DNA of 64,000 bases, from assembly GCA_003614675.1 (NCBI GenBank), contig ML002221.1, positions 1 to 64,000 on the forward strand, written 5' to 3'. Under the pieces are notes generated by a model, which saw nothing but the letters and a program-made list of their open reading frames with translations, did not search any database and was not told where the DNA came from. Positions 47,298-61,539 of this stretch are shown here, piece after piece. The stretch comes from Dimargaris cristalligena. Its lineage: Eukaryota. The stretch's first letter is position 1. Each line of letters begins with the position of its first letter. A program made the translations under genes and the position numbers.

Positions 47298-49397
47298 TTA
47301 AGGAGCGGAGGTAAGAGGGTAGTGATGAATGGGAGCTCCCTCCGCCTTAATCATCAGACCAGAGTGTGACACTGATGGAGATGCGGCGGAATGGAGCGGG
47401 AGCGGGGAGTGAGAGGTGGGCATGGCGGGCGAAAGGGTACACGCGGACATGGATGCCGAGGCCAGAAGAGCCATAGAATTGGGCTCGTTAGAAGCCTGGG
47501 CAACGGCGTGAAGGCGCGGGGAAGGCAGCGACGGCAGACCGGGGGAAGTGGACGTAGGGGGCAGGGAACGGTAGTGAGAGCTGCTGCCTGAAGGAATGAA
47601 CCCGTTGGCGGGGGCCGAAGATGGGGCGTTAGCGTAAGGGGAGGGAAGGTGGTGGGAGGGATGGGGGTGGTGGTGAGAGGGGTAGGCCGTGTGAGAAGGG
47701 GGGGCGGCGTAGTACGACTCGGGTCCCGTCTCGGAGTCGCTGCTTCGACGGTTAGAGGGGGAGCCGCCGGGATAGTCCACGGACCCGTTGGAGGTCTCCC
47801 GCAGGTACGGATGGAAGTGGGTGCGTGGGGAGACGGGGCCGCGGGGGCTGGGGTGGCCGTAGGCCATTCCCGGGTGGGTGGGTGACGGGTGTTGCAGGAT
47901 ACCCCCCATGGGAGCGGCACCGGAATGGAAGCCACCGTGCTTATTATGGTGGTTCATTCGGTCGCCATGGGCGGCTGCTTTGACCTCCTCCATCGTTACA
48001 GGTGGAATGGGATAGGTAGCAGCCAGGGCCGCGGCCTCTTGACTATCCATTCCCTCGCTAAGGGCTTCGTTTCCGCTCTCCCCATTGGCATCGCCGCCGC
48101 TGGAGGCCTTGTTATTGGGCAGCTTCATGCCAGCATTTTTCAACATGAGGGCGTGCTCCTGTTGCCGCTTCTTGGTCAGTTTGGCGTAATGCAGACCACA
48201 GGCGTTGCAGAGGGTGCGAGCACCATCGGGGCCCCGCCGCCACTCAGGCGTCACCGAAATGGAGCACGAGTGGCACTTGCCGGGGGCGGCTGCATTGGTC
48301 TTGCGGTTGCGCTTGCGGGAGCGGTTGTTAGTGGGGGTTAGATTGGTGCGCTTGTTACGGATATACTGCATGGCCTCATCCTCGTGAGCGGGCCGGGTGA
48401 TATCCTTCCGAAATTCGGTGAAAATGTGGAACACCTCGCTGCTGCGGCGGACCATCTCATCCACCTGTTCGAAAGTGGGCTGGCGCTCAGTCCGGTTATG
48501 GGACTCACTGTAGAACCGGGCGAATTTAATAAGTTCGTCGCAAGTCTCGTATATTTTCTGGAGGTCACTGCTGTGCTTTAAGCTCTGATCGGCCAACGGG
48601 TGCCCGTCGATGGTGCGCACCCGGAATTTGCTCACCTGGTCGTCGTAGAGTCCGGGGGCGGGCGACTTGGGCAGGGTACCAATGCTGGCCATCGAGTCCT
48701 CTGGGATAGGGGAGTGGCGGCGGAGCGGATAGCCCGAGGCGGTGGCCGAGTGTGGTGGATAAGAACTCCGGGAGTAGCCCAACATACCGCTGCCGTTATG
48801 GTGGCCGGGTGCGGAAGTCGAGGGGGTGGGGGGAAGGCCGGGGCCAGAGTGGGGTGGATAGGCCCCGGGGGTGTTGGGCATGGAGGCGGAGTGGTGGTAG
48901 GACGGGGTGACGGGCGAGTTGGCGGGGAAGAGCGGGGCAGTACGCAGAGCCGACGATGGCGTGTAATGGCCTGATTCGTGGGACGGATAGGGCGGGGTGT
49001 TGGGTTGGCTCAGGCGACCGGCCGACGCAGCCAGGTGTGGCCGGGACCGAGTCGCGGGACTGCTGGCGTGGTGGGTAGGCCGGGACTGGGATGAATAAGA
49101 GTGACCACTGGGGTTCGATGAAGCCGAGTAGGGCGGATGGGCAGGCGTGGTGGGAGCCGACGCGTTGTTGGATATACAGGCGAGTGGAGGCAGAGTAGGC
49201 TTGGATGGTCGCCGCAGGTGTAGAAACGAGCCCGACTGTGGAGTGAGCGGTAGAGTAGCCATGCCTCCACTCGACGTCGGCAGGGGTGGTGGCCGCGAAC
49301 TGGCCAACGGGGGCGGCAACGAAGGCAGGCAGGGTGGGCGGTGGCTGGAACTATGGGAGGATTGGGAAGAACAGTCAGGGTTGTCCATGGAAGACAT
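47298..49397 (-). CDS. GATA zinc-finger transcription factor, C-x2-C-x18-C-x2-C type (NsdD/Sub-1/Brg1-like), 699 aa
   Basis: CHSCSISVTPEWRRGPDGARTLCNACGLHYAKL with 18-residue loop, preceded by basic RSRKRNRK and a helical segment; Pro/Ser/His-rich flanks. Confidence 0.93.
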   Translation of the reverse strand: MSSMDNPDCSSQSSHSSSHRPPCLPSLPPPLASSRPPPLPTSSGGMATLPLTPQSGSFLHLRRPSKPTLPPLACISNNASAPTTPAHPPYSASSNPSGHSYSSQSRPTHHASSPATRSRPHLAASAGRLSQPNTPPYPSHESGHYTPSSALRTAPLFPANSPVTPSYHHSASMPNTPGAYPPHSGPGLPPTPSTSAPGHHNGSGMLGYSRSSYPPHSATASGYPLRRHSPIPEDSMASIGTLPKSPAPGLYDDQVSKFRVRTIDGHPLADQSLKHSSDLQKIYETCDELIKFARFYSESHNRTERQPTFEQVDEMVRRSSEVFHIFTEFRKDITRPAHEDEAMQYIRNKRTNLTPTNNRSRKRNRKTNAAAPGKCHSCSISVTPEWRRGPDGARTLCNACGLHYAKLTKKRQQEHALMLKNAGMKLPNNKASSGGDANGESGNEALSEGMDSQEAAALAATYPIPPVTMEEVKAAAHGDRMNHHNKHGGFHSGAAPMGGILQHPSPTHPGMAYGHPSPRGPVSPRTHFHPYLRETSNGSVDYPGGSPSNRRSSDSETGPESYYAAPPSHTAYPSHHHPHPSHHLPSPYANAPSSAPANGFIPSGSSSHYRSLPPTSTSPGLPSLPSPRLHAVAQASNEPNSMALLASASMSACTLSPAMPTSHSPLPLHSAASPSVSHSGLMIKAEGAPIHHYPLTSAP

Positions 49398-49920
49398 TAG
49401 GGAGATACAAGGCCGGGAAGAGGGTAGACTAGCCAGCGTGGCAAAAGGGGTTTAACCTTTATATATATATATATATATATAGGATAGAAAGGAAGAGAGA
49501 GAGAAGCAATGCAGAAGGCGACAATCGAACCGTAAATTAATTAACTTATTGGGAAAATAGGACAGTATATGCAGCTGGGGGGATAAAGCAGGAAAACAAG
49601 GAGGGGATTGTGAGGCCACGCATATAAGGTTAAGCAAGGGCAAAGTAGGACAGTGGGTGAGAAGGTCAGTGCAGCAGTAGTTAAGCTAGTAGCGTGTCCT
49701 TGCGAAGGGGGTGCAATTAAGCGTATCTTTATATTAGACTAGCGATAGGGTCTACGGGATTTGGGCAGCAAGGCAGGCGGATACGGTCAAGGCCGAGGGA
49801 TAATAAAAATAGGGCCGAACAAGAGGTTACACAATGAAACTCAGGCCACAGTTACGCATGCTTGTCTTTAAAAGGAAGGTCACAACCAAGCTAGTGGAGA
49901 GTCTTGGAAAGGAGGCAGGG

Positions 49921-49946
49921 ATATATATTTATATATATATATATAT

Positions 49947-49986
<40 letters not shown>
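49921..49986. repeat. Compound (TA)n/(GA)n microsatellite upstream of the GATA gene
   Basis: (AT)n at 49921-49947 followed by (AG)n at 49952-49986. Confidence 0.9.
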
Positions 49987-49990
<4 letters not shown>

Positions 49991-52900
49991 AACAGTTACA
50001 GGATAGGGGCGAGAAATGGCATCAGTAAATAATGCTAGGAATACAGACAGCATCGCCCGATGGGGGGCAGGCCCTGACTGGCTATTTATGTATCGCGCGG
50101 TTCAGGCCATGCCCACCGGACTATGTGGGGGAGGGTGGGTGAATTTCCGAAATTATCAAGAATAAAGGCAAGGGCTGAAAAAACCCCCAAAAGAGGGACA
50201 CCCCCTCCTTTTCACATCCCAGTGCCCTCCGATTCTCCTTTCCTTTTTAGGTAGGAAGGGGGTCTAGGCCAGGTTACTACCCTCGTCTATTGCAGAGTAG
50301 GTTTATTCATGTAGCCAGATTAAAGGTGAAAAGGAGGGAGGGAGGGAGGGAGTAATCCCACGCCTAATAATATACACCTGATCAATCCCGGCTAAACCAG
50401 TCGAGCGGCTGTGAAAAAAGCACTCACCCTCCCTCCTCCACTCCCCCCCCCCACACCCCCGCATTTAATTCGAGGGAGAGGAATGTGCTTATGGGAGAGT
50501 CAACGGAAGGCAAGAGACCCCTCCCCTTCTTTTCCCCGCTATTGGCTGAAAACGAATGTGGTGGGCAACCCCCGTTGACCAATCCGGTGTACCCCATGAT
50601 GTCCTCCCCCATTTTTTTTTCAACCTTCGGGATCTATATATATCGTTAGAAAAAGATAATGGCTGTATTATATATGACTGTGTGGGGTACGTGGCTCCTG
50701 TCAAGGCGTTATTGAAAATGACCATTAAGCCACCCTAACCGGGATATATCGTTGATAACCCCTCCCTGTAGAAAAAAACCCTGGACTACGGGAAGCTAAG
50801 TAGGGTGGTCTCATTTACTAAGGCGCACCATATGCCCGCAAACTCGGGCTCTTATGGAATAGTATAGGGATAGCACCAATGGCCTAAAATAGGTCGTCAA
50901 TGAAAACCATCGGGTTGCATTGGACCAACTGGGAGGGGTACTGTCGTCCAATTGCATTTAGGGGGGAAGCGAGTACACATCAGAAGCATCGGCTGCATCA
51001 AACGGCTTTTGTTTATATTGCGGAATGCTGGAATCCCATGAGGAGAAGAGGCAAGGTGGCACAATAATAAAGACCAAACAACGCCTCGGAAACCTTGGAC
51101 AACGTCTTTCCCTTGAGTGCCATGTACCCGCCAGAGAGCGAGAGAGGCCAGCCATACATTGCTTATTTAACGCTTTCTCAGCCCCTCTCCTCTCCCCCCT
51201 TTCTTAGATTGCCTTGTCATTGACCACGTCTAACGGCTCGCGCCAACCGGGCCACTCAATGGACCAACAGAGGCCCTGGATTAACCTAGATACGCCGGGA
51301 TTGACTGGGAAAATTGGCGACCTTGAACGAATTCACACTCGCTTCTCAGTGGTTTCTCCGTCCCCCCTCTCCCTCTATGGTAAGCTCCCAACAACAGCGT
51401 CCTGGTTTTGGGAGTCGGCCCTATAGCTAAAAATACTGTACCCCACTCTCTCCTTAGCATCCAGAGCCATACCCTGGGTCCTCTAAAGCGGGATTTATTT
51501 TAGAGTATTCCAGTTTTATACGCGAAACCTTATTTCATGATTATACATGGCATCTTGCCCTGACCTCCATGATCCTTTTCACACGTCCTGAATTGAGAGG
51601 ACGTTCGGAAGAGGGGGAGATTTGCGTCAATAATCACAGCAAACGGCAATGGGACCCGCGTGACCGTGGCCGATTCGAACCTAAATAGAAAGGCAAGGGA
51701 CTAGGCTCTACACCGAATCCAACCTTCCTTATAGAGAAAGATAGATAGATATGTACATCGGTATCGACGGTTAGTAAATACGTGTAGATATTTTGAGGCG
51801 GATGTAGAAAGACCGCGACGGTGACCGAACCCAGTATCTCATGCCGGGTGATTAATTGGTTATACTATACCATCTGCATACCTACTTTGCAATGATCGGA
51901 GTACGCAGCCGTTATGATTAGTCGGGTTTCTTAGTGCCACTCCTCCTATTCAGTGGTATAGATGTGTGGAGGACGGGGGCGAGTCATCGACCCAATCCCC
52001 TTTTTTTAAAAAAAATACCGAGTACGAATGGTAGTTTCATTCGTAGAGCGCCCACCCATTCAATGAACCCCCCCCATTAACTTCCACCTCGCTCGCAGCA
52101 CTCCTCCCCTCTCCCCTCCACCCCACCCTAGCCCTAACCCTTCCTTGGTCACACTCCGGGTTTTTTCCCAACTGAGTAACGTTTGGGAGCCCATCAACTG
52201 GTCCAAAGTGCGCGTTGGCTGTGGTGCAAAGCGAGTGGTCGTATCTGACCCAGTCGTTGTGCGTGGGTAACTCGATCATTGACCACGTTGCAATCACGGG
52301 GAAAAGACGGCGGAATGGCTAGCTGATGTAGGATCCCAGTACAGAAGGAAACACGCAGTTTCTCTTCTACCTGCCCCACCCTCTCCCCCACAGTATCAGC
52401 ATTACAGTCCATAGCAGCCATACTGAGTTGCATATTATGAAACTCGGTAGATTAGACCCACATTCTAATCATCAGTTGGGTCGAGATGGGGGGGATAAGG
52501 TAAAGTGACTGAAGCAGCATCACTAGTAATGATCAGCATCAGTGATCTTTTCTCCTCCTACCTAATCTAGTACCTCCTCCACTGGGCCCCTATCGTCTCG
52601 GGTGGTCCTTAATACAGACTGGTTGTTGTTGTTGTTGTTTTTTACAAACGAAACCTCCTAGATGGTCAAAGTCGTTCTTAAAATGTATTCTCGTTGGTAC
52701 ACCGGCGCTTGATTAGAAAGCCAGCGGTCCGTATTTTAATTGGGCCTAACCACCCAACACCTGGCCAATCATTTGGGCCTTTTAGTCGATCTATTACCAC
52801 CAGCAAATGTTGTTTCGTGACCTGAGGCAGATTGGCCAACTGACAGTTCCTCGTTTCCATTGACATGCAATCCGATTATGCTCCCCTCTCCTTGTAGAGG

Positions 52901-55900
52901 GGTGTTCTTTGTTTGCCACCATTTATATCAATTTCCTTAAATATCCGCAAGTAAAAAAATTGGGTCGACCACTAGGAATCTACTTCCCGACGATCAAGAA
53001 GATGACTGGATAGGAGTGAATGGTAATAATTCACGGTCGGGAGGGGGTGAGAAGGAGACAAGGTTGGGGGAACGGGGCAAGTGCGAATGAAAATTCCGCC
53101 CCATTGGCACTACCTCCTCGCAGATGATGGTGGGAAGTAGAGGCAGTCGCTTGGTGGAGATATATAGGTAATAGGTACCATCAGTAGTGCTGAATGGCTA
53201 GTTAGTAGCGGGTCGCCGGGATGTTACCCGAATTGAAGGGAGGCGGCCTTAATCCCCAAGTGTAGCTGAGTTGGCCACGCCCAGGCATCGTCTTATCCGC
53301 CCATTTCTATTTCAACATGGAAGGCCCGATTAGAACTAATAGTCAATCGAGAAGATGCGGCGTATTACACGACGATGCTATTTATGCCTTGTTGGTTACC
53401 TTCTCGTGTATTGGTGGGTCATAACCTGTATCTGAGCAAATAGGGAGGAGGAAGGCACCTAAACTGGAAGCGGGGCTGCACCACCACCACTCGACACCAC
53501 CTCCGCCTCCCCTGTTTATCTATTAGTACTACTACGACTGGACGTCATGAAACGGTCAACCTGACCCACTTAGTTCACTAGACCCTAGACTTTTATTGGG
53601 TCAGTGGCCTATCTTTCGGGTCACGGGGTCTATGCAATTGGCTTGGGTACTGCCCCTTGTCCTCGCGCATTATTAGTGGTGGCAGTGGCTCTCCTGTGCT
53701 GTAGGTGTAATCAAGTGGGTCGTCTCATAGGCACGATGGTGAGAAGAAACGATGGGCCCGATGGACCAATGGCTTGGGATCAATGGGGTGTGGGGAAAAG
53801 TGATACATTATTGTCAATGTAATCCAAAATTGTGCTGCCTTTCCATATCTTCTACTTCTCGTCCCCGGATACCGATAAAGTAACGTACCCACTAATGATA
53901 TTAGTATGTTGAACATACCCCACTCTTTATATATATATATATATATCAAAACAGATCTCTCTTACAGGCGGACTTCCTAAATATCATATTTTCTCCCCGA
54001 TTGGTGACTATCGGATAAAGCAATGAAAGAGGAAGGAGGGGTGAGATGAAACAACCCTGGATGTGGACCATTTGGTATAACCCCAACCTTGATGATAGAT
54101 GCCGAAAACGCAGGAGGCCAAGGCCATCGTGAATACCCCGGTATCTTTTGGTAAACAATACAGCCTTGGTAATCTGCTTATAAAATGGCATTTCGACCCC
54201 CCCTCCCTTCATTATATTCACATCGGGAAGTGGTTCTAATCTCCAGATGCACTCCCCCGCCTAAGATAACGAATGTTCTTTATATTTGACAATTAATGGC
54301 CAATTCACCATTTACCCACTTTAATAAATCCGGTGGTTAGACTGAAGGTCCAACCAGCCTCCAGGGAAAGTTCAGTGCATGGACGCGCACCCATGGACTA
54401 GCGTCACTAACTCCCCGTGTCTGTGCGCGACAAATGATATACATGATTTTGCCTTATGAACACACACCCTCCCACTTTAACCATGCGCCCGTCCCTGCTG
54501 GCTTAACGGCAGTAGTGAAGGGGAAACCGGTTATGCTTGGCCTTTGGCTACAAAAACCGGATAATCCTGATTGAACTCAAATATACTTTTATAGGGTTTT
54601 ATTCCCAGGTGAGCACATCGCGGACGAGGATTAAAGACCTGTAGGTGTTCCATTATACCATTCATACGACAGATCCTAATCCCCCCCTTGTTTCCGATGC
54701 CTAAATGTACGGCAGGGGTGCGATTCATAATAATCGGGTAGCCATGTCGGCCGGGTTCAGGCAGCACCTCCCTCGGCAACTCAAACCCATGTATAGTTCA
54801 GGCTGTGGAGCCTTTTTCGATCAATCTTTGACACATTAGATCCCTATCGATTGAAAAGGTAAAACACCTGCTTGCAAACAGTGGCGAGGTCTTTTGGGAG
54901 AAGGGGGGTCTATAGGCATCCGTTGCTGATAGACCGAAGGATCTCATATGAGGGTGATGAATACCCTTGTTCATGCAAGCCCAGTAGTTGCCCATTTAGT
55001 AAATAAAGGTTATTTAATTTGGAAGCTGTTTTTTTTTACGCGCAGACATAGGTGCGTCGCGTTCACCTACATTTCATTTCCCTCACTCACCAGCCGAAAG
55101 CAACCGACTAAACCCATTATGCACCTGTTTTTCTTTTTTTAACAGCCCCATTTTGGCCGGTTCCGATCGAAGTGATGGTGCCAAGCCAGTCCCCCTCCCT
55201 CCCTCCTTAAGTCAGTTGGTCTAATGGTGCCATGATGATGGCCATGGATATCCCTTGGCATAACCTGCCATTTCGGTGTGTATGGATTGGTGTATGTTGG
55301 TGGGTGGTGGTTAAGTGGATGTGAGAACCCAAAAAGAAGTCGCCCCTTCTCACGCCGTTGTGTAGGCGGCCTCCGCACATTTACCTGGACAGGCCATGGC
55401 CGCCATCCCCGATAATTAGTCAGTCGGAAGCTGATCTGTCCCGTCGTTGCCCATGTTAACGGATACGAAGAGGCAACGCCGCGGCATATCTAATCACCAA
55501 TAGCATTCACCTGTCCGCTGGGGCGATTACCATCTACCGGCCCGATGGAAGGAAACACGATGTTGCAGGATCCATGGGAAGGTAAAAGCAGGAGAGAAGA
55601 AGTGAGAGAAAGAGAGGAGTAGGCAAATGGTTAAACGCTGGGCCTAATTCGAATATACCACCAGCCCTGGTATGCGTGGTAATGGGAGTATTAATGGGTA
55701 GGATGAGAGATTTCGAATGTAAAAAAAGGTGGTGTAACCGGGGCATAATAAGTCAGGCCATGCCAGTTATACATGAGCGTAGAGCGGATGGTTCTCCCGA
55801 AATGGATTTGTCTTCCAAAGTAGATATGCCGAAGATGGAGGAGTGATGTAGATAAAAATAGGGGGTATGTAATAATATGTAGGATTATGTGCGTAGTTCG

Positions 55901-58900
55901 ACGGCCCAGGCAGCACCGTTCGGTGTTTAATAGGTTAGTAGTTCCGGAACGGTATAACAATTATCTATTATAAATTGAAGGGCCATGGTAATATGAGCCG
56001 GTATATATAGACATTTGCATCCATTTTTTATATATGATTATATGTTGGCAATATACGCTGGGAGAGGGGTATATCCAGCTAAAAACACCAGCCTATTGCT
56101 ATAGCCCTCCCATATCCAAGTGGGATGATGCGTTGCCCAGCTGCATCCCACTCACCCCCCTACCCCCTGTTTCACAACAGATACACTCGACCAAGGCCGG
56201 TATTTGGTCCACAAAAAATAAATCGAGTATTTAGTATTACGCATCTGGCCAGGGTACATACGATCCTTCTCCAGATCCGATTTACTATATATATAATAGG
56301 GTAATGCGGATTCAGGGGGGAGGGGTGTATAAATATATAATTTAGGTCACATTGTATTGGCTTTGGATTTTCCACAGTGACGTGTAGTTTAACCTTATAC
56401 CATGGAAGTAGATGTATCGATGGATACAGGCATAAGTGTACACGGGAATGGTGTTGTTACTTTGTATTGGGTGGCTCGAAACACCACCGGCAGTCGGGAT
56501 GACAAGGGGAAATAGGACTATTCTAACCCAAGGCCAGCCCATGTAACGTATAACATAGATGTCCGTGCTACTGTCCAGATTGGGGGTGTTTTCAGGTCAC
56601 CGGACACACGGAACGGGCGTAAGAGGTCGCCAGCCAGTGCTTATAATTGTTGGGCACTGAGTGGGTCAAACAGCGAGAAACAAATGGATGTGTTTGCGTA
56701 GGTGGAAATATGAATAATACAACAGGTAGGCGTAGGAGGACGAATGGCTCTGAATGGGAGGGGGGGGTCCAGGGAAAGAATCGTCAGGTAAAATCACCTA
56801 AATCAAACCCTAAAAGAAAATCCATCATTTGAACCGGCGGAATTGCCTAAGCTGGGGGAATACGGGACGGCAGTGTATTACTATCTAATATGTCTGAAGT
56901 ACCTGCGACGCCGACCGACCTTAACATCGAGGTTCGCAGTACCAATGCCGATGCCTGGCGATGGAGGCTCGGGTTTTTATAAGCCAGTTAAGGTGCATCG
57001 GGGTGTGAGGGTCAGATTCGTTGCACATGGCTGTGCAGGGACCACCCTCTCACGTCTACACTGACTCACTGCCGGATAAAATAATTCATGTGGGTCCCAT
57101 CCCGGAGGCTACGTGGTACCGGAATACCCATCGGTTAAAGGCGGGAGAGGGTCATGCTAGATGCACTCTTAAATGATTTAGGAGGTTCAGTCCCGTCATT
57201 CTCACAACGGATAACTATAGGTAAACAGAAAAAAATTAAAGACCAAGACGAAGTCCATTTGGGATAAAAGGGGAGTCAGGGAGTGTGGGCTACGCTCGTT
57301 TGGTCCGGCCATTTACTGTACTGGTCAGTGGGATATTACTATTATTTCTATCGCGGATGCCATGGCTCCTATCGCAAGAATGAATATTTTAATATGGGTA
57401 GGCTATCGGATCTATCCTATTATATATATATTCATATAGAAGGCATCATAATGGGCCCTACAGGGGTATATTCGTATACAGTCCACATCTGGTCAATAAT
57501 AAAGCGGCTTTCTCTAATGTGAGCAATGGATAGTGAAAGAATCAGCATGACATGGTCCCATTGCATTTCCGCTCGGAGGACAGTCATTAGACAAATCATT
57601 TGCGATAGTGCCAGTCGCCTTTAAGCGAGGGGAGGAAAGGGCGATGGTTCTACCCTAGCCTCCATAGGAAAATTCGACTACAATTCCTAAACTATTAATA
57701 GCAGCGTTCTTTAGGGGTGGGGGGGTACTCCAATGGGGAGTGTCTGGAGTTGGCTGGGGTGGTGGAAAATAGGGGGGCATTAGTACCCATATTTGGCATT
57801 GGGCACATTTTATCTTGAAGGGCTGGGGATAAACTAGTGAATGGCTCGCCTGGTTTGCGATTGGTGATAAGAATCGGGTTATTTATCCAATCCCAGAGAG
57901 TTTCCCGAGGAAAAGCTACTTGTCCAGTTTGACGTCGGTATTTAAATTTATGAATCTAAACTGATACAGGACTTGTTGTTCGTCTGTGGGCACTTGAACG
58001 TAATTAAATATATCCATTTTTTAACGACTTATTTATACCTCTCGAATTCTCGATATTTGTTCTGAACCCCATGGCCAATTACTTCCAACGATTCGGGTTG
58101 CTGGGCGAGGGGATCCTACCGTCGATGAGGGGTTGCCCCTAGCCTAGATGGCCCGTTAACATTTAAACTTAAGTGGGCCCCACATGATTTGCAATTGATA
58201 GAAGGGGTACGGATAGTAGTCGGCACTGCCGAAAAATACGCCGTTCTCCTTGGTAAGTTATAGAAGATCCCGATGATGTAGAGAATATATCACTATTACC
58301 ACGAATAAATGGCCCCAATGGGGTTAGCGCGAAAGGAATAGGGAGAATCCTTTTTTTTAAAAAATAAAAAACATCTGTTTTTGGGGACTTGGGGTGTGGC
58401 ATGGTTCCCAATGACATCGTTCATTCGATCGTCCATCGTCCCACCAAATTGAATAATATAATGTTTGCGGGGTTATTTCCGAATCTATGTAGTATCGGGG
58501 GGTTTAAGCTCATTTGTGCCGCCAAATTTATGGTCCCTCCCCTTTACCCCTCCCCCTACGGGCCCTTGTGACCCATACCCTGGTTTAACGAATTCGTGAC
58601 CGATTCCGATTTGCCTATAATAGCATTAGTTCGCAGATGACTCTGCAACGCTGGCCATATGACTTTAATTCGACTGGCTGGCCGATAGCGATGTCATTAG
58701 CCAACCCCTGTGGAAAAAAAACCCCCCCGACCGATCCATGGCAGATGGGCCGCACCTACCTATTAAATCCAAGGCAGATGGTTAAGATCTGTCCCCATAT
58801 TCTTACAGATCAGTATCGATGTATCTCTGTATATGAGCACACACATATATATATATATACACTAGCGAATCACCGGCATTGTCGGGGGGGGGGGGCTTAC

Positions 58901-60995
58901 AATAGGCGGTTCCGATGGGTTAGGTCACACCTGTAATCCTTTTTTGTAAACCAGAGATGGGGAAGGCAGGCATAGCTGTAATGTAAATGTACTCGTGAGA
59001 GTAATATCGGTAAGAGATTGAACTTACATGCCTTGGGCACAGGCGGTATTGTTGCACAGAGAGGGGGGGAGTGGGCGGGTTGGTAAACACCATTTCCCCC
59101 CGAAAATATGTTGGTAAATTATATATAATATTTCTGGGATGGAAGACGATACCCGTTTTTTCTCATTCTGCATTCAGAATTACCTAATTACATTCTGCTT
59201 ATAGTATCGCGTTGTATATGGGATGTATGCAAGCCCCAATGGGTTGGCCTTGAAGTGTATGGGTGGCTTCCAGTGGATGGCTAAACCTGTCCTTTTAGAT
59301 AAATAATAGGAGGTGGTGAGAGGGGGTGGGCGGGATCCCTCTATCCATCCTGTTTAGGCGGTCATCCGCCCTTTAAATCTGATGGCGTTGATGGCTCGGT
59401 CCTCGATGGGCCGTATCCACCACTGCTATCAGTCCTGCACCACCGAGATACCACATATCGTCCGGTATTGGTTTCGAAAAAAAAGGGGGGCACAGCTTAC
59501 GCAGTGGTACCGATTTCAGGACCATGAACCCAGCAGCCCAGTGTCTCCTGGTTTTTAGCATCAGGTCATCGGAATACCAAGGTGGAAGAGGGGGGTTGAA
59601 AGAGTACCCCACCAGCACTATTGTCCATCTGTGCGGTCAGACCCTTTTATAAATCGACACCAGAAACACTGCCATCCTGAAGGGCAAAAGAGATAGGGGT
59701 GTAAAACATTAAATACCTAAAAAAATGGGGACCCTTAGTAAGTTAATGGTTTTCCTTACAATGTCCACAAAATAGACCCTTCCAATACATCAGTGTAACC
59801 ATAAGGGATTGTAGTCAAGAAGCATTAGCCCTTCCCAATCCCGCATGGCCCACCCTCCCTTATTTAAAAATATAAAATAATTAATGTATTGAAATCCTGT
59901 CCCCATTCTATTAGGCTGAGAACTTCCTAATGGCTCTTCTTCAGTAACACTTAAGTTGTTTTTTTTTAGAATATGCTATGTACTTGATTCTAATCCCCCA
60001 GGTAGCCGTTTAACAATTACGATGCATTAGATGCAGATGAGATACACCCCCCTCCTCTTATTATATACCGTATGTAATGTGGGTAGCCATTAGAATATTA
60101 GCCATCGGCCATCGCTGGGAGCGATAGGCACCCCATCGGCGATGAAATAATATTACTGCCGTATTTGTCCATCACTTAGTACCCGCAGGTTCAACTCACT
60201 CCCTTGACTGAGGGAATGGGTGTGGGTGAGAGTCTAGGAATTTACTACCTGTGTAATGGGCTACCCGGCGTACAGATAATTATATTCAAATACCTTAGAA
60301 GCGAAACGTCCTTGAGCTAGTTTTACTATATACCCTACCACTCTTCCGGGGATGTGATGTGCGACTATTATTACGCCTGGTGGTTCCTTCTCATTTATAC
60401 TGATATATTATGCCACAATCAACCCCATGGGGGATTCGCTTTTGCCAATCAATAGGCCATGTCCAACCACCCAGTCGTTGGAGGCAATATCGTACACAGT
60501 GACAAATGTAACCTTATATAATCGTGACAGTGACAGTATCAAAAGGTAGGGGATTGGTGCATCATCTAGTGAGTATTACTTTTTTTTTTCTTGCAGATGA
60601 CGTTATCGCCAATTCGATTATGATCTCCAGAATCTGGGTGATCGTAGAAATAGGTAGGAAACATTAGGCCGTCTAATTTTAAATGCCCGTTTAGGGGGAA
60701 TTATTCGCTGTGTATTGAAGCAGATCTGGTATACACATAGGGGCAATATAATAATGGATATATCTATGGCACCTATTATGCAACCACAGAGAGATGGCGG
60801 AGAAAGTCGCTGAGAATCAGTGAATGAGTTACCAGCAACGGATGTGCCCCACACACTGGACCCCCATGTAAGGTATGAGAATGATACAACTTGACCATGC
60901 TGTAGAACCTCCACATATAAGTAGAAATATTACCAGGTAAAAATACGCCCAACTGTGCTATCCTATTGACACTCCATTAAAAAGTATGTATGGTT

Positions 60996-61420
60996 GTTGT
61001 CACCTGGGTTTACCACTCTTAGTCCATCAAGAGTCCCGGGGATAGGCTTCTCACAGTAGGCAGGACTTAGACTCGGCCAAGCAGGCTACTAGCATCAGGG
61101 AGGGGTCAGTACTAACCAATAAAGGATGAGTGCAGGCTAATGCAAGGGAAGTGCAGAGGGCACACTTACTGGCTAATACAATAGGGTGAGCATATAGGGA
61201 GTTTATTGAGGTAAACTATGGGGGTGAGGAAAATAAGCTAAGGAACTGAACTGGTCCCAGAGGGGCCTGGTTATTTATATACAGGGACTACTCATAACAA
61301 GGGGTCCTTGAAAGCAATGGGATGAATAAAGAAGAGGCAAGGGGCAGGGCCTTGACCAGGGGCTTACATCCGGAAGACTTGAGTAAGAGAGAAGGAACAT
61401 TAGATCAGCTGGTGGAGTAT
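60996..61420 (-). mobile_element. Degenerate LTR-like repeat (copy B, inverted)
   Basis: Its reverse complement aligns with 62563-62991: GTTGTCACC..GGGTT, GATAGGCTTCT, CTTAGACTC.GCCAAGCAGG, GGTAAACTATGGGGGT, AATAAGCTAAGGAA, GTCCCAG.GGGGCCTGGTTAT, GGAAGACTT, AGATCAGC. Confidence 0.8.
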
Positions 61421-61539
61421 TGCATGAGAAGTGTTGGGGCCTGGCCATAGTGGGCTATATAGTAAGGGGAGAGTAATATGGCACAATAAGGCAAGATTGG
61501 ATAGGACAATCAGTTATTCCCATATTTAGGGAGGATTAG

